Of a stretch of 64,000 bases of DNA, positions 15,569-41,448 are shown in pieces. This stretch comes from Amoebidium appalachense (Eukaryota; Protista; Ichthyosporea): positions 21,212,125 through 21,276,124 of the forward strand of contig CAVNZM010000001.1 in NCBI GenBank assembly GCA_963693365.1, written 5' to 3'. The notes beneath the pieces were generated by a model, which made no database searches, was not told where the DNA came from, and saw only the letters and a program-made list of their open reading frames with translations. A program made the position numbers and the translations under genes. How positions within the stretch are numbered: the first letter of the stretch is position 1; every line of letters starts with the position of its first letter.

Positions 15569-16902
15569 CGGTGTGTGTGTGTGTGTGTGTGTGTGCGTGT
15601 GCGCGTGTGCGCGCGCACGTGTGCACGTGTGTGTGCTTATGTGCATGCTAGTGTGTGCATTGGTGTAGATGTGGGCACGAATGTCAGTGTGTGTGCATGT
15701 GTGCTTCCGCGTGTGCATGTGCATGTGACTGGGCGTGCGTGTTTGCATATGCCTGTGCATTGGGCGCAAATATTCGTGTGTTCTTATACATGTGTGTGTG
15801 TGTGTCACGTGAACCCGTCAGTGCTACATGGCCCAACCATCCCCTCCACACGCCCCGCACCGCATGGCCACATACCCGGATGCCGTTGCTGTTGCGCACC
15901 ACATTGTGCACCTCCAGCGACACATCCCCCGACCGGGTCGGCCCGGCCCTGCGGGGTTGGCCCGGCCCGGAGGGGGTCCTGTAGACACAGTTGCAGATGA
16001 CCGACAGGGCAGCCTTTCTGACCTCGGGGGCGCTGTGGCCGTGGCCCTCAGCGCAGTCCAGCAGCAGCTGCATGCCGTTCATGCGGTACTCCCCCGTCAG
16101 TTGGCCCCCCGCCTCGGCGGCCCCGGGCCGGTAGTGGTTTTCCCCCTGCCCGTTGTCTGCCGCCCTCTCCCCCCGCCCCCCGTCTCCCTCCGCTTCCTCT
16201 CCCTCAGCCCCCTCCCCCTCCTCCCCCTCCTCCTCCCCCTCCCCGCCTGCCCCTGCCGAGTGGACCCTATGCAGGGGCCGAGCATGGGGGTTGGCCTCAG
16301 GGCTGCTGTTGCCTGCGTCGGCCTGTGCCGGGGTTGTTGCGATGGGCAGCTGTGCGGGGGGGGAACAGGCTGACGACCTGCAGGCAGGCCAGAGCCACCT
16401 CGGCCACCTCGGGCAGGCGCCACTGCTGGCTGCACAGCGCAAGGCCCAGGCACGTGCCCACCAGTCCATGTGACAGGAACGCCTGCAGCGGCGGCCAGCG
16501 CCCCAGCGACCGCACGGCCACCCCCGAGATCAAGTCAAGGTTGCCCTGCTGCATGCGTCAGTACCCGTCCACCACTACCACCATAACCCAATAGCACCTT
16601 CCCAATCTCCTCCCCCCCCCCCCCCCTCTTCCCAAAGCCTTTAACAACCCCCTCCACCCTCCCCAGCCAAACAAACAAACAAACAAACAAACAAACAAAA
16701 AACAAACAAACAAACAAAAAAATAAACAAAACAAAAAAAAACAGAAAGAAAAACAACAACAACCACAGCCACTCCCCTCTGCACCCAGCATTGCCATACC
16801 ACAACCACTAGTAAACCCCCCCCCCCCCCCCCCCCCCCCCTCCCTCTCCCCTCCCCCCACACCATTCCACAGTCACCGTCCGTCACGACACGTTTATGTG
16901 GG

Positions 16903-16975
<73 letters not shown>

Positions 16976-19900
16976 GTACCCGGACTTAACGTACCGGACC
17001 TTTCGTAAGTCGTACGGGCACGACAGTATTATTATTTACGTAAGAAAGTTATACTATTGCTCCCGCGGACAGCTATATATATAGGCATTCCTTAAATACA
17101 CTTGGGCATAACATAATTAACCCCTAGCCGTTCGCCGATGCATTTTTGCATCAGTTTCAAAAATAAATGCATCAGCGACCTTTGAAATTAAATAGCACCT
17201 GTTGGGTAATAGTGTTGGCGCCAGGAATTCTTGTCTAATTTACTTTATGTTTTCTGCTTTCGAAAGACACCAAAAACACCGGGGTCGACTATGTTTTTCT
17301 GTTTCGCGTGGGTGTTTAGCCCAACTGTGTTCATAATTTCATCGACAACCCCCCAAATTTCGAAGGGTGGCGGCAAGAGGATGTCCGGGATTCATGGATT
17401 CCAACCCTGGAATCGATCGGCTGATAAGTGCTTCAATCCGTTTGCCAAGATCTTTACGGGGATTCATTTTACCTCACTTTCGCGAAAGAAACCATGCCGC
17501 GGTCGACATAAATCACGGATGCATAGGAACACGCCGTTTTTTTTTATGGCACACAAGTTCGGACATATATATACATGAGCTTGATGCATTTTTGTCCACC
17601 TGGGCCGGTTTAATGATTTTTCTCTATTTTTCAAATCTTGTCGATTTGGCTTCCGTGTAGGTATATACGTATGTGTGTATTGGCACCGACCTGCACGGAG
17701 TATGGGTCCATGGGTGCTGCCTTGTATGCCGGCATGTATGCCGGTGCCGGCTCACTGGCGTGTGTTCGAGCCCTGCTCCTGCGGACCTGGTAGGCCAGCC
17801 GGGCCAGGTGCAGCCGCAGGTACTGCCTGATGGCGCCCAGGGCGTGCATGACGATCTGCCGCTCACTGGGGGGGGTGTCTGGCCCGGGCTGCAGGGCGGC
17901 CATAGCGGCCACCAGCCAGGCCAGGCCGCCGCTGGCATCGAACAGGTCGACCATGGCCGGGAACGAGAAGGCGCTGGCCAGGAACATGCAGCCATGGCGC
18001 TGAGCACTGGCCGTGCCCTCCGTCACCAGCCACTGCACCAGGCCCATGAGCCCCCGCTGGGCCTCGTCCGGCAGCAGGCACACCTGCACACGCAGCAAAG
18101 GTCACCACCCAGCCCTCTGACCAGCCTCCCCCCCCCCCCTCCCCCAAACAAATCAGCGCTCTGTCCCGCCAGCCCACGCAAAACTCTGGGGCGCACCTTC
18201 TCCATGACTGCGGTGGCGCCGGCCAGGTTGTAGAGGCACACGGCCAGGTCGTTGGCCAGGTAGGCCACCCGCTGCACCTGCAGCAGCCGCTGCATGCCGT
18301 GCCCGTCCACAAAGTCCGCCGCAAACTTCTTGTGCGGCAGCAGCGAGGCCACAAGGTGCAGCGCCTCCTTGACAAAGTGCCGGTCACGCGCCTGCTCGTC
18401 CTGTCCAGCCTATTAATAGCATGCAGCTGCCAGCCCAGTCTAGAAATAGCATACGCACAAGAAAGGTAGGGCTATAGCACCATTAATAGCATCAACCAGG
18501 GCCACAGCACTATTATTAGCACAACCATGCCCACTCCTCTATTAATAGCACGCAGCAGGCCCACCCACGCAGCAGGGCCACTCATCTACCAATAGCACGC
18601 ACCAGGCCCACAGCACTACTTATAGCACACAGCAGGCCCACAGCACTATAAATAGCGCGTACCATGAAGGCCAGGACCATGTCCATGCCGCCATACTCCA
18701 GCACGGGGCCCAGCACCTCGCTGTAGTCCCCCAGCATGGTCAGCGCCTCGAGGATGGCCCGGGCCTCCCCCACCATCAGCCCCACCACGGCGCTATCAGG
18801 GTGTTCATGCACGGCCCCCCGCCAGCCCGGCTGCAAGGAGGGCAGGGGCATGTCCCCCGGGTCGTCCAGTGGGGGGGGCGGCAGCATGGCGTTGGCGGCA
18901 CAGGGCGGGTCCAGGTCCAGCAGCAGGTGGCAATGGGCCGCAAAGCAGCGCAGCGCATGGGCCTCATCGTGCGCCTGCATGGGCGTCATGTGGGCCGTGG
19001 TGACCTCATGCCCCCACAGGAACCGCAGGTAGCGCCGCAGCCGCAGCAGCAGGACAGGGCCCACCTGGCCGAGCACCGCAGCATCACTGACCGTGCGGTC
19101 ACTGCACGACAGCGCTAGAAACACTGGGGTGTAGGGAGGGTCAGATAGGCACGGCGGAGGGTGGGGGGAGATGGGGTACAAAACAACCAGGTAGGAGTAT
19201 GTGTGTGTGTTGTTTAGGTGCATGTTTCTGGAAGTGTTTTGTGTGTCTGCACAAGTTTTGTGTGTGTGGTGTCGATGGGCGTGGTGTGAGGGTTCCTTCC
19301 CCCCCCCCCCCCCCCCCACCCACCTCTCTCTCTATGCGTGTGTGTGGTGTGTCTGTTGTGTGTGCTGATTTAAGTGCATCTGTGTTGGTGTGTGTGTGTG
19401 TGTGTGTGCACGTGTGTGTGTGTGTGTGTGCGTATGTGTGTATGTGTGTGTGTGTGCGTCTGTATGTGTGTGTTTGTGTGTGTGTGGATGGATGTCTCTC
19501 TGTGTGTGCAGCATGATGGGCGCACCCTTCTGTCTCTGGGTGAACCTTTGGGTGTGTGTGTGTGCCCTGACGTGTATGTGCATGTCTGTATGTGCATGTG
19601 TTGTGCATGTAGTGTGGGAGTGTATGCATGCGTCATTGCGTGGGTGTACATATATGCGCTCGTGTGTATGTGTGCATGTGTGTGTATGTGTTGCATGTTA
19701 TTGTGTGCATGTGTGTGTGTATATGTGTGCATGCATGTGTCTGTGTATGTGTTGCATGTTAATGTGTGCATGTGTGTGTATGTGTTGCATGTTATTGTGT
19801 GCATGTGTGTGTATGTGTTGCATGTTATTGTGTGCATGTGTGTGTATGTGTGTGGGTGGACACATGTGTGTACGTGTGTGTGTGAGTGCATGTGTCGGTG

Positions 19901-20346
19901 CATGGCAGGAGTGCATGGCTGGCATGCACATGTGCCCGCCTGCACGCAGGCGGTTGGTGTGGGACAAATGCTCACACAACCCCCCTACTCCATATCAGGC
20001 ATTTTACAAATACCCGCCCCCAACATGCAGTGTAGAATGACTCCACACTCCCCCCCTCCATGCATACAATACCCCCCCCCCAATACATATGTTGCCACGA
20101 ATGCCCCCAATTGCTCCCTCCACTCCGCTTCCCCCCCCACCACCACCACCCCCATATGCTCCTACAATAGAAATCCCCCCCCCCCCCCCCCGCTCTCTTC
20201 TCTGCCCCCCCCCCCCCCCCCCCCCCCCCCCGCCCCCCCTCCCCCCAGCCCATCGCCAGCACATACTTGTGGCGGCAGATCGAAGGACAAGGTCGTTGCT
20301 GCTGCGCACCCAGCCAATCACCTTGTCCACATTGCTGGGCTGCAGG

Positions 20347-20407
<61 letters not shown>

Positions 20408-21011
20408 TGTGTAGTGTGAATGTGTGTGTGGTGTGAATATGTGAGTGTGAGTCTGTGTGTGCACACACGAAGTTGGTGTGTATGCGTGAGTGTGGGCATA
20501 TGCTGAGTGAAGGAAATGATATGGGGGAGGGGAGGTGATGGAGATGGGGAGGAGAAGGAACGTTTTTAAATGGAATGAGACCAAAGGATTAACCCGTGAG
20601 CATGTGTGTGTCCTAGTGGTGTGTTTGCTATAGTGTGTGTCCTAGTGGTGTGTTTGCTATAGTGTGTGTCCTAGTGGTGTGTTTGCTTTTTAGTGTGTGC
20701 CCTATTGGTGCGTATGCATGCTTTAGTGTGTGTGCCCTATTGGTGTGTAAGCCTTAGTGGTGTGTGTGCTACAGTGTGTGCTCTGGAGTGTATGCAAATT
20801 TGCTGCATGCCCCTTGCTTGCACACGTGTTGGATTGCACCACACCAACCATAGAAGGACACACCTAGTGGTGGTATCTGCATCTTGTCTAATTTGCACCC
20901 CTGGTACCAACATACACTTCCCACAACATGAACACACAAAGCACAAGGACCCTCCCTCCCTCCCTCCCCCCCCCTCACGCCCCATGTGCACACCTCAAGC
21001 ACACGTGCGAC

Positions 21012-21057
<46 letters not shown>

Positions 21058-22345
21058 GCACCTCCTCGATCATCTGGGGGTCCACCACCCTGGTCACACA
21101 CGCCAGCACCCGCATGGCTGCCCGGGCCACGTGGGGGTTGTCGTGCCCAAAATAGCTCAGGCACAGCTGGGCGTGCACGTGTCAGCAAGGTCACGTGACT
21201 CACTAGATGCATCCATCGGCACTAGGAATAGACACCACACCCACCCCAAGTGGACTAATAATAGACACTACACACACCCCACGTGGACTAATAGTAGACA
21301 CTACACACAACCCAAGTGGACTAATAATAGACACTATACACCCACCCCAAGTGGACTAATAATAGACACTATACACCCACCCCAAGTGGACTAATAATAG
21401 ACACTATACACCCACCCCAAGTGGACTAATAATAGACACTATACACCCACCCCAAGTGGACTAATAATAGACACCACACCCACCCCAAGTGGACTAATAA
21501 TAGACACTATACACCCACCCCAAGTGGACTAATAGTAGACACTACACACACCCCATGTGGACTAAGAATAGACACCAGCCACATGAACCCGCTTTCCAAA
21601 AAAGCCATTTGCCTCTGTCCTTCCACTACCCCCTCCCCCCCCCCCCCCCCCCCCCCCCCCCCCACAAAAAAAAAAAAAAAAAAAAGCAAGAAGAAAAAAA
21701 TTCAGGCAATCTCCTTCCCTTTTTGGTCATCGCCCCCTCCCCCCCCCCCCCCCCCTCCCCCCCCCCCTCCCCCCTCCCCCCCCCCCCCCCCTCCCCCTCC
21801 CCCTTCCGCGTCGGGTCTCCCACCGATCTTGGCCACCATGTCACTGCCCCACCCATGTCTCCTTCCTTTTTGCCCGCGCCAGTTCCGCGATGACACCCCC
21901 GCCCCCCCCTCCAACCTCCAATGCTATGACCCCCAAACAGGCTTGTCACTGCCCCCCCCCCCCCATCCCTCCCCCCTGCACCTACCGTGTCAAAGAACTG
22001 GCGGGGGTGGTCTGTGAGGGCCAACACCAGCCGGCCAATCGTGTACTCTGCGACGCAAACGTCAGCACGTGAGGCAGGTGGCCCCGGTATTAGGGAAATG
22101 GGGGGGGGGGGAGAGGGGGGACGGAAAGCAGCCCGGGTGATATACACTGGGGGGGGGGGGGGAGGGGGGAGGGGGGAGGGGGGAGGGGGGGGGAGGGGGG
22201 TTGATTAGATGTGTTACAGAATGGGAAGTACATATGAGCAACAACACAAGGAAGGTGGCCAGACAGTTATGCATATGGGGGGGTATGCATATTGGGGGGG
22301 GGGGGGGGACAGTTATGCACACTTGGGGGAGAAGGGTGTGTGTGT

Positions 22346-22376
<31 letters not shown>

Positions 22377-22888
22377 GGGGGGTACAGTCATACATGGGAT
22401 GGGGAGACAGTTATGCATATAGGGTGGGGGAGAGGGGGCGAGGGGGGGGATTGATCGGAAAGTTACGCTTCTTCGGGGAAAAAGGGGAAATCTGTGGTTT
22501 TCCAACGAGAAACAAATCCCACCCGAATTCAGCTCCATAATACCCGCCACATGTGACTTGCCCAGCAACCCACCAACAGCCCCCCTCCCCCCCACAAAAA
22601 GGATGAAATAAAGCCCGACGATCCCCCCCCCCCTACCCTGGCGGTTCTCCTGGTCCGGGTCCTCAGCAAACTCCATAAACAGCGCCTCCTCCCTCTCAAG
22701 AAGGTCGGCCAGCCTGCAGGCACGTGTGAGCACGTGCAAATAGGAATGGGGTGTGTGGCTTGCATAGACCCAAGCAAAAGTGCAGCTCATATCTTGAGCG
22801 TGTGTGCATGCAATCTGTCGTACGGGTGCGTGCGTATATGCCCGAACATGTTGCCGTGCCTGTGCCTGTGCCTGTGCCTGTGCGCTAG

Positions 22889-22953
<65 letters not shown>

Positions 22954-22967
22954 GTGTGTGTGTGCCT

Positions 22968-23010
<43 letters not shown>

Positions 23011-24231
23011 CGTGTGTGTGTGTGTGTGTGTGTCATCTCCGTGCCTTTAAGTGTGCATGTGATTTTTAGCACACATGCTAAAAATAGGATGCCCACATTC
23101 CTAACTACCCTCAACTGCCCCCCCACCCCCCCCTGGCCGTCCTTTCCCCAAATAAACTACTCTTAAAAGAACCCCTCCACCTGCCCCCCCCCCCCCCCCC
23201 CCCCCCCCTTTCCTTCCTTCCTTCAAACATTATCTCGTAGCGCCCTCCATTATAAATCCCCCCTTACCCCCCGCTCTTCCCCCCACCTCCCTTGCCCCAC
23301 CCCCCACCAGGGCCACTCTCCTATCTGGGCCCTAGGGGTGTTCTACCTTTCCAGGGCTGCTGCTGTGTCCAGGGGCCGTGCGAAATCCAGGGCCTCGTCC
23401 ACATAGCCGTTGAGCTCGGCCTCAGCTGCCCGCCCTGCAGGTTAGCGTGTAAGTGCTTTGCTTGTAGTGGGAACAGGGCGTGGTGGGCCCCCACCAAGGA
23501 GCGGCTTGGGACACTTTATTGCAATGTTTGAAGGAGTGTAGGGCATGATCCTGTCCTTGGTGTGTGTGTGTGTGTGGCGGACACATGTGGCGTGCAGGGG
23601 CACACGCGCACAGCAGGAGGCACGCACAGTTGAATCAGTACACACTGGTGGTACCCCACAGCCTGTGCACCCCATGCCACACAGCCACTACCCCCTCTCC
23701 CCCCCCCCCCACCCCCTCCCCCCGCCTCCACCCCCGAAGTGACTATGAGAGACACTCTGGCAGTGTACACAGGTGTGAGGGCGGCAAGGTATATTCAGAA
23801 TCTTTTGTCTGCCTCCTTCCATTCCTTCCCCGTGCCCCCCCCCCCCCCCCCCTCCCCCCCCCATATTGCCACAATCGCTACAACAAAGGCCGGGTGCCAA
23901 ACACATAGGTAGGCAGAGCAGCGTGTGTGCCACATGTTGACTGTGTAAATGGGCATCCATGTGGCTGGCCCAAAACCGTGTGCTCTGCACTGAAAGCAGG
24001 TTCTGTGCATGCCTGTCTAACATTCAAATCTCTCCAATATAAGGGCGTGTATGCGCTCGTGCAAGCATCCGTTAGTGTTGCAATAACGGTTGTGTCTACA
24101 TTTTGCGTGCGTGTGTGCACCTGCGCGTGCGTGCGTGCGTGTGTGCGTATGTGCATGTGGCACCCACCATGCTCGTCATCCTGTCCGTCGTCCTCCCCAT
24201 CGTCCAGCACCATTTCCACCTCAAACTCCAT
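8848..24231 (-). CDS. DCAF1: DDB1- and CUL4-associated factor 1 (VprBP): ARM-like N-terminus, LisH, WD40, acidic tail
   Basis: About 20 exons: 24231-24168, 23434-23347, 22713-22637, 22047-21986, 21166-21062, 20339-20267, 19123-18663, 18409-18197, 18083-17691, 16548-15876, 15487-15359, 14967-14011, 13912-13763, 13582-13421, 12437-12233, 11888-11724, 11420-11327, 9913-9747, 9160-9038, 8934-8848. Family motifs: [22 protein letters not shown], Lis[128 protein letters not shown]-rich tail. Two apparent lesions are listed under findings. Confidence 0.95.
10190..10790. repeat. (GAGT/GAAT)n tetranucleotide satellite in DCAF1 intron
   Basis: Long GAGTGAGTGAAT run, densest at 10420-10780. Confidence 0.9.
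11110..11300. repeat. About 44-bp minisatellite (about 4 copies) in DCAF1 intron
   Basis: Recurrent GTGTCTGGAGTGTCTTTGTGTG...CATGTGTGTACAT. Confidence 0.8.
12441..12880 (-). repeat. About 42-bp composite minisatellite carrying repeated CCTAAC branch-point motifs on the sense strand
   Basis: Plus strand GGTTAGGTGTGTGCATGTGGGTGTT / GGTTAGGTGTGTGTGTG alternate about 10 times and abut the DCAF1 acceptor at 12438. Confidence 0.85.
13600..13710. repeat. Degenerate 18-24-bp tandem repeat in short DCAF1 intron
   Basis: CAAGCAGGTGAGCAAGG repeated 5 times. Confidence 0.8.
16976..17670. mobile_element. AT-richer, microsatellite-free intronic insert, possible DNA-transposon remnant with a piggyBac-like end
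   Basis: Composition differs from flanking introns. TTAA|CCCCTAGCCG at 17117-17130 is followed by an internal inverted repeat (TCGCCGATGCATTT ... AAATGCATCAGCGA). No matching second terminus was found. Confidence 0.3.
18410..18662 (-). repeat. DCAF1 intron made almost entirely of about 30-bp degenerate units related to its own acceptor
   Basis: Sense-strand units resemble TGCTGTGGGCCTGCTGCGTGCTATTAATAG; the last GCTATTAATAG is the functional 3' splice site. Confidence 0.7.
20604..20690. repeat. 29-bp tandem repeat (about 3 copies)
   Basis: TGTGTGTCCTAGTGGTGTGTTTGCTATAG repeated. Confidence 0.8.
21228..21578. repeat. 35-bp minisatellite (about 10 copies) in DCAF1 intron
   Basis: Unit CCCACCCCAAGTGGACTAATAATAGACACTATACA; no unique spacers. 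Confidence 0.9.
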
Positions 24232-25135
24232 TTTGTCACGCGCACTGAACGGCCCGCGCTTGCGCACCCATCTTACCCAAAACCCGTGCTGCTTCCTCCC
24301 TATCACTCGCTACGGCACACGCACACACTTGGGAGGATATGCGTGTGTGTGTGCACTACTTTGTACAAAAATGCTCCCTTGCCTGAGCTGATCACGAAGA
24401 ATTGAGGGTTTCCTGTTAAAGGTGGCTTTATGCGCTGAGCAGCCAACTGAACTGCTACCCTTATTGCTGTTCGTTGGCAATACAACGGCTATTCTCGGCG
24501 CTTTTTGTCTTGAGCCCAGCTTTGTAAAGCTAAACATGCATCACTCCTGTCACTAACATCACTCCTGCTAAAGTAGTGCAGCCTGGAGGTGCGTCTGGTG
24601 TTAACGCAAACGATGCGATGGTGTTACGTGGCGTCACAATGTATGATAAACCCCGAACAACCTAATTTCCAACCCTTTGATCCACCAAAAAAATATGCCC
24701 CAATGTTAGCGCTCCATGTCATTTATGAACTTCCCTGTAACTTTTTGTGTAGATTTGATTTTTTGGTCTGATGAAGACAAGTGCTTAAAGCCTGATATGT
24801 ACATATGCCGATACATAAACAGCAGAACGGGTGCCACAACCCGCGCCCAATGTAAACGTATCGTAAACATGTCATCTGCCTGCCGCAAAAAATGGGATCT
24901 ATAAACCCCCCCATCCAGGGCTGGCTCACTGGCCCCCTACACCTGTACACGTGCACACAAGTGCCGTTACCGTTTGTCAGTGCGCGCATATGAGGGCCCT
25001 GCGCAGATGCCCAAGTTGGGCACACATGTGCAGTGTCACGGTGACTAACGGTCATATTGCTAAGGCAACGACTACTAATAGTAGTGTATGTATCCGTCAA
25101 TTTACTGAGAACACACGTATAGATATTTATCAAAA

Positions 25136-25166
<31 letters not shown>

Positions 25167-25174
25167 CCCCCCCG

Positions 25175-25211
<37 letters not shown>

Positions 25212-25652
25212 ACCACCACCACCAGTGGTACTACCTCCCCCCTTCCCCCTTCCCCTGCCCCCAAAGATTCATTTATTTCCTCGCGTTCGGATAGCAACGA
25301 CCGCGGTGATGATGCTGTTCAAGAGTCATCACCAGGTCATTGATTTATATCTTGGGAAAACCACGTGACACCAGTCCCTACCCAGAAGTGTACTAGCCCA
25401 TGGGAAACAGTGGCCTAGCCCAGTGCATAGGTTGGGTGGGTGGCTGCTGGGGCGGGCTGTTCTGTGCAGGTGGCCCTATCAATACAGTGTGGGCTTTGTT
25501 TCGAATTCGAGACGTCGTTATAAGTGCAGAGTCACCCTGCAGGACGCCTGCGCCTTGGCCCAGTTGTCCAGAGTGCTACAGGCCTGATTTGCGAAGGGCG
25601 GAAGCAGAGGTGCTCACCTGGGGCTAACCACGAGGCTTGCTTCGGTGAACTT

Positions 25653-25716
<64 letters not shown>

Positions 25717-25748
25717 TGCGCGCGCGTGTGCCTGTGCCTGTGCCTGTG

Positions 25749-25836
<88 letters not shown>

Positions 25837-27075
25837 CGCGCGCGCGCGCGCGCGCGCACTCGCGTGCACGCATGTGCGTCACGGTTGGGGGAGGAGGGGA
25901 GAACATTGGCGGAAAGTTTGACTTGCTTTGCGCAATGTGCCTAAGGAGGCCAATGGGAAGGCGGGGGCGAGAGTATGCGATAGTCTCGAGAACGTTATGG
26001 TTAGGCTACTTGAGGGGAATGGTGGTGGTGGTTTGGGGGGGGTGGGGGGGTTCCCTGTCCTAGGGAGGCTACCATTACTTAAAAGGCTGGCAAAACATAC
26101 TAGCGTTGCCAGCACACTACAAGACGTGTTAATTGGGTGGTATCATTGGGATGTGAGGAAGAAACGAGGCTGCTGGCTGCCTAGTTCTTCGAGTTCGAGG
26201 GTTCCAGATATTTAAGTTCATCCTGCCTGGTGTCTGGGCAGGTGACGCTAGCCACAAGCACCAGCAGGGATACGCGAGCAGGCAGACACGCGCCGGTCTT
26301 TAGGCCCCCTTTTTGTGCAAGCTCACAGTCGACCACTGTGGTGCACATTGGTTGGGACAGTCGCATGCTAAATTTAGCCATGACCGCAGCGCCTTGAGCA
26401 CTGATGCTGAGCCATTTCATCAGTACACACCGGGTGGGATGAAAGGGCCGGGGGACAACCAGCCCAGCACCTGTCCCTGGGACTTTCCCGCTCTTCCCGG
26501 CATGCCCTGTCAGCAGCCGAGCCTTTAGGCCGGTACAAGGATCTTACTGACGTGCTTCCGGTTGGCAGCATTGCTGACAGTGGGCCAATCAAAGTCACTC
26601 AACACTGCAGGCTTTCCATGCAGGCTGCAGGGTATATGGAAGTGGCAAGTTCAACACTTCGCCAGCGGCACCTTGGTTTGTCATAGTTTCTTTTTTTTTA
26701 ACCTACACCTCTAAAGCGGTTAGTTCAGGCACAGTGACCCTACATATGTAGCTGCAGATGCACGCTGACAGATGTATCTGCAGCACGTTCGGACTCGTGA
26801 CTCGTGAATCGTGAGAGGTCACAGCCAATGGCTGGGGCTCTGCTGGTTGCGTTTACTGCCGTGAGCCACCCAACTAAGTTCGCAGTAATTGTGTGTGTGA
26901 GCATCAGAAAAGTTCCAGCACCGTGCATGCAAAACGGTTGCCTGCAAGCAGCGCCTGTTTGTTGGATATAGGTACGTCCCATGGTTTGTATAGGAAGGGT
27001 TGCAGGAGGGGAACAGGGCTGCGGCTGGCACACAGGCACAGAGCGGCTCTGTGCAGGCCCTGAGCCGCAGTGGTC

Positions 27076-39706
<12,631 letters not shown>

Positions 39707-40001
39707 ATGAGAGTAGGTGGATTGGCCATGGTGGCATAGTGTGTGCTGGGTGGGTACTTGGGTCACGTGTTTCGGCTATTCAACGGATTTGAATGTCAGA
39801 CTCTTTAGAAATAGTATCACATTTTCGTATGAAGGTAGCATGATCTCAACTATCGAATGTATGAGTAAACATATGGAGTGAATACTTGCCCACCGCTCTT
39901 CCATGCCATAATCCACCAGCCCTGACGTACCGTGAAATGACCAAGTAAGAACATAAGTGCTTGGAATAAAAGATTTTGCTGCACAAGTCCACCCGCCCTC
40001 C

Positions 40002-40040
<39 letters not shown>

Positions 40041-40049
40041 CCCCCCCCC

Positions 40050-40820
<771 letters not shown>

Positions 40821-40974
40821 AATAGCATGAGGGTGGTACATAAGCGAACTCCAGCTGCAGTCAACCACACACGTAAACCGTGGGCATACCCATCAACCCA
40901 CACGTTTACACAAAGCTGTCACAAACTCCTTTTTGTTGCCTTTGGTCAGTCTGCCTCTCCCCGCCTTTTTTTTT

Positions 40975-41024
<50 letters not shown>

Positions 41025-41448
41025 GGGGGGGGGGCACTGAGCTCAAAGGGGTATGACGTCACTGGTTTGCGCACCAATCAGATCGTTGTGCGCAAGTGAG
41101 CCGTTGCCTTTTATGGCTACTTGTGAGCCAAGACTGCCAGTGCCTGCGCCGACGGTCACGTAAACAAAACACCTGAGCTGATGAGGCCGCTGGACGACCA
41201 CGATAGCAACAAGCTTTGTTTTATTAGTCAGTGCAGTGCAGGGGGCCTGTCTGCCTGCGTTCACACTAGGCCCTGAGCAACGGTAACTTGGGACGTGGCG
41301 CAGCATACGCCGAGGCACGTGCAAGTGCAGGTAGGGCCCCAGCAACGCGTGCACGGGCCAGGCACGTGTTGGTGCTGTGAGGCGGCCAGGTGGCAGCCAC
41401 TTGCAAGCCAGGCATCCACAGCAAGATCTAGACAGTGCGCCTGCAGGG

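Noticed and set aside
21228-21578. 35-bp periodic repeat resembling a CRISPR array
   Set aside because: Units are contiguous with no unique spacers, the context is a eukaryotic intron, and there are no cas genes.
8848-24231. DCAF1 as a pseudogene
   Set aside because: Both lesions sit at homopolymer or microsatellite edges, while the other exons, phases and motifs are intact; assembly error is more parsimonious.
24768-24800. CTGATGAAGAC hammerhead-like start
   Set aside because: No matching GTC-GAAA half or closing stems nearby.
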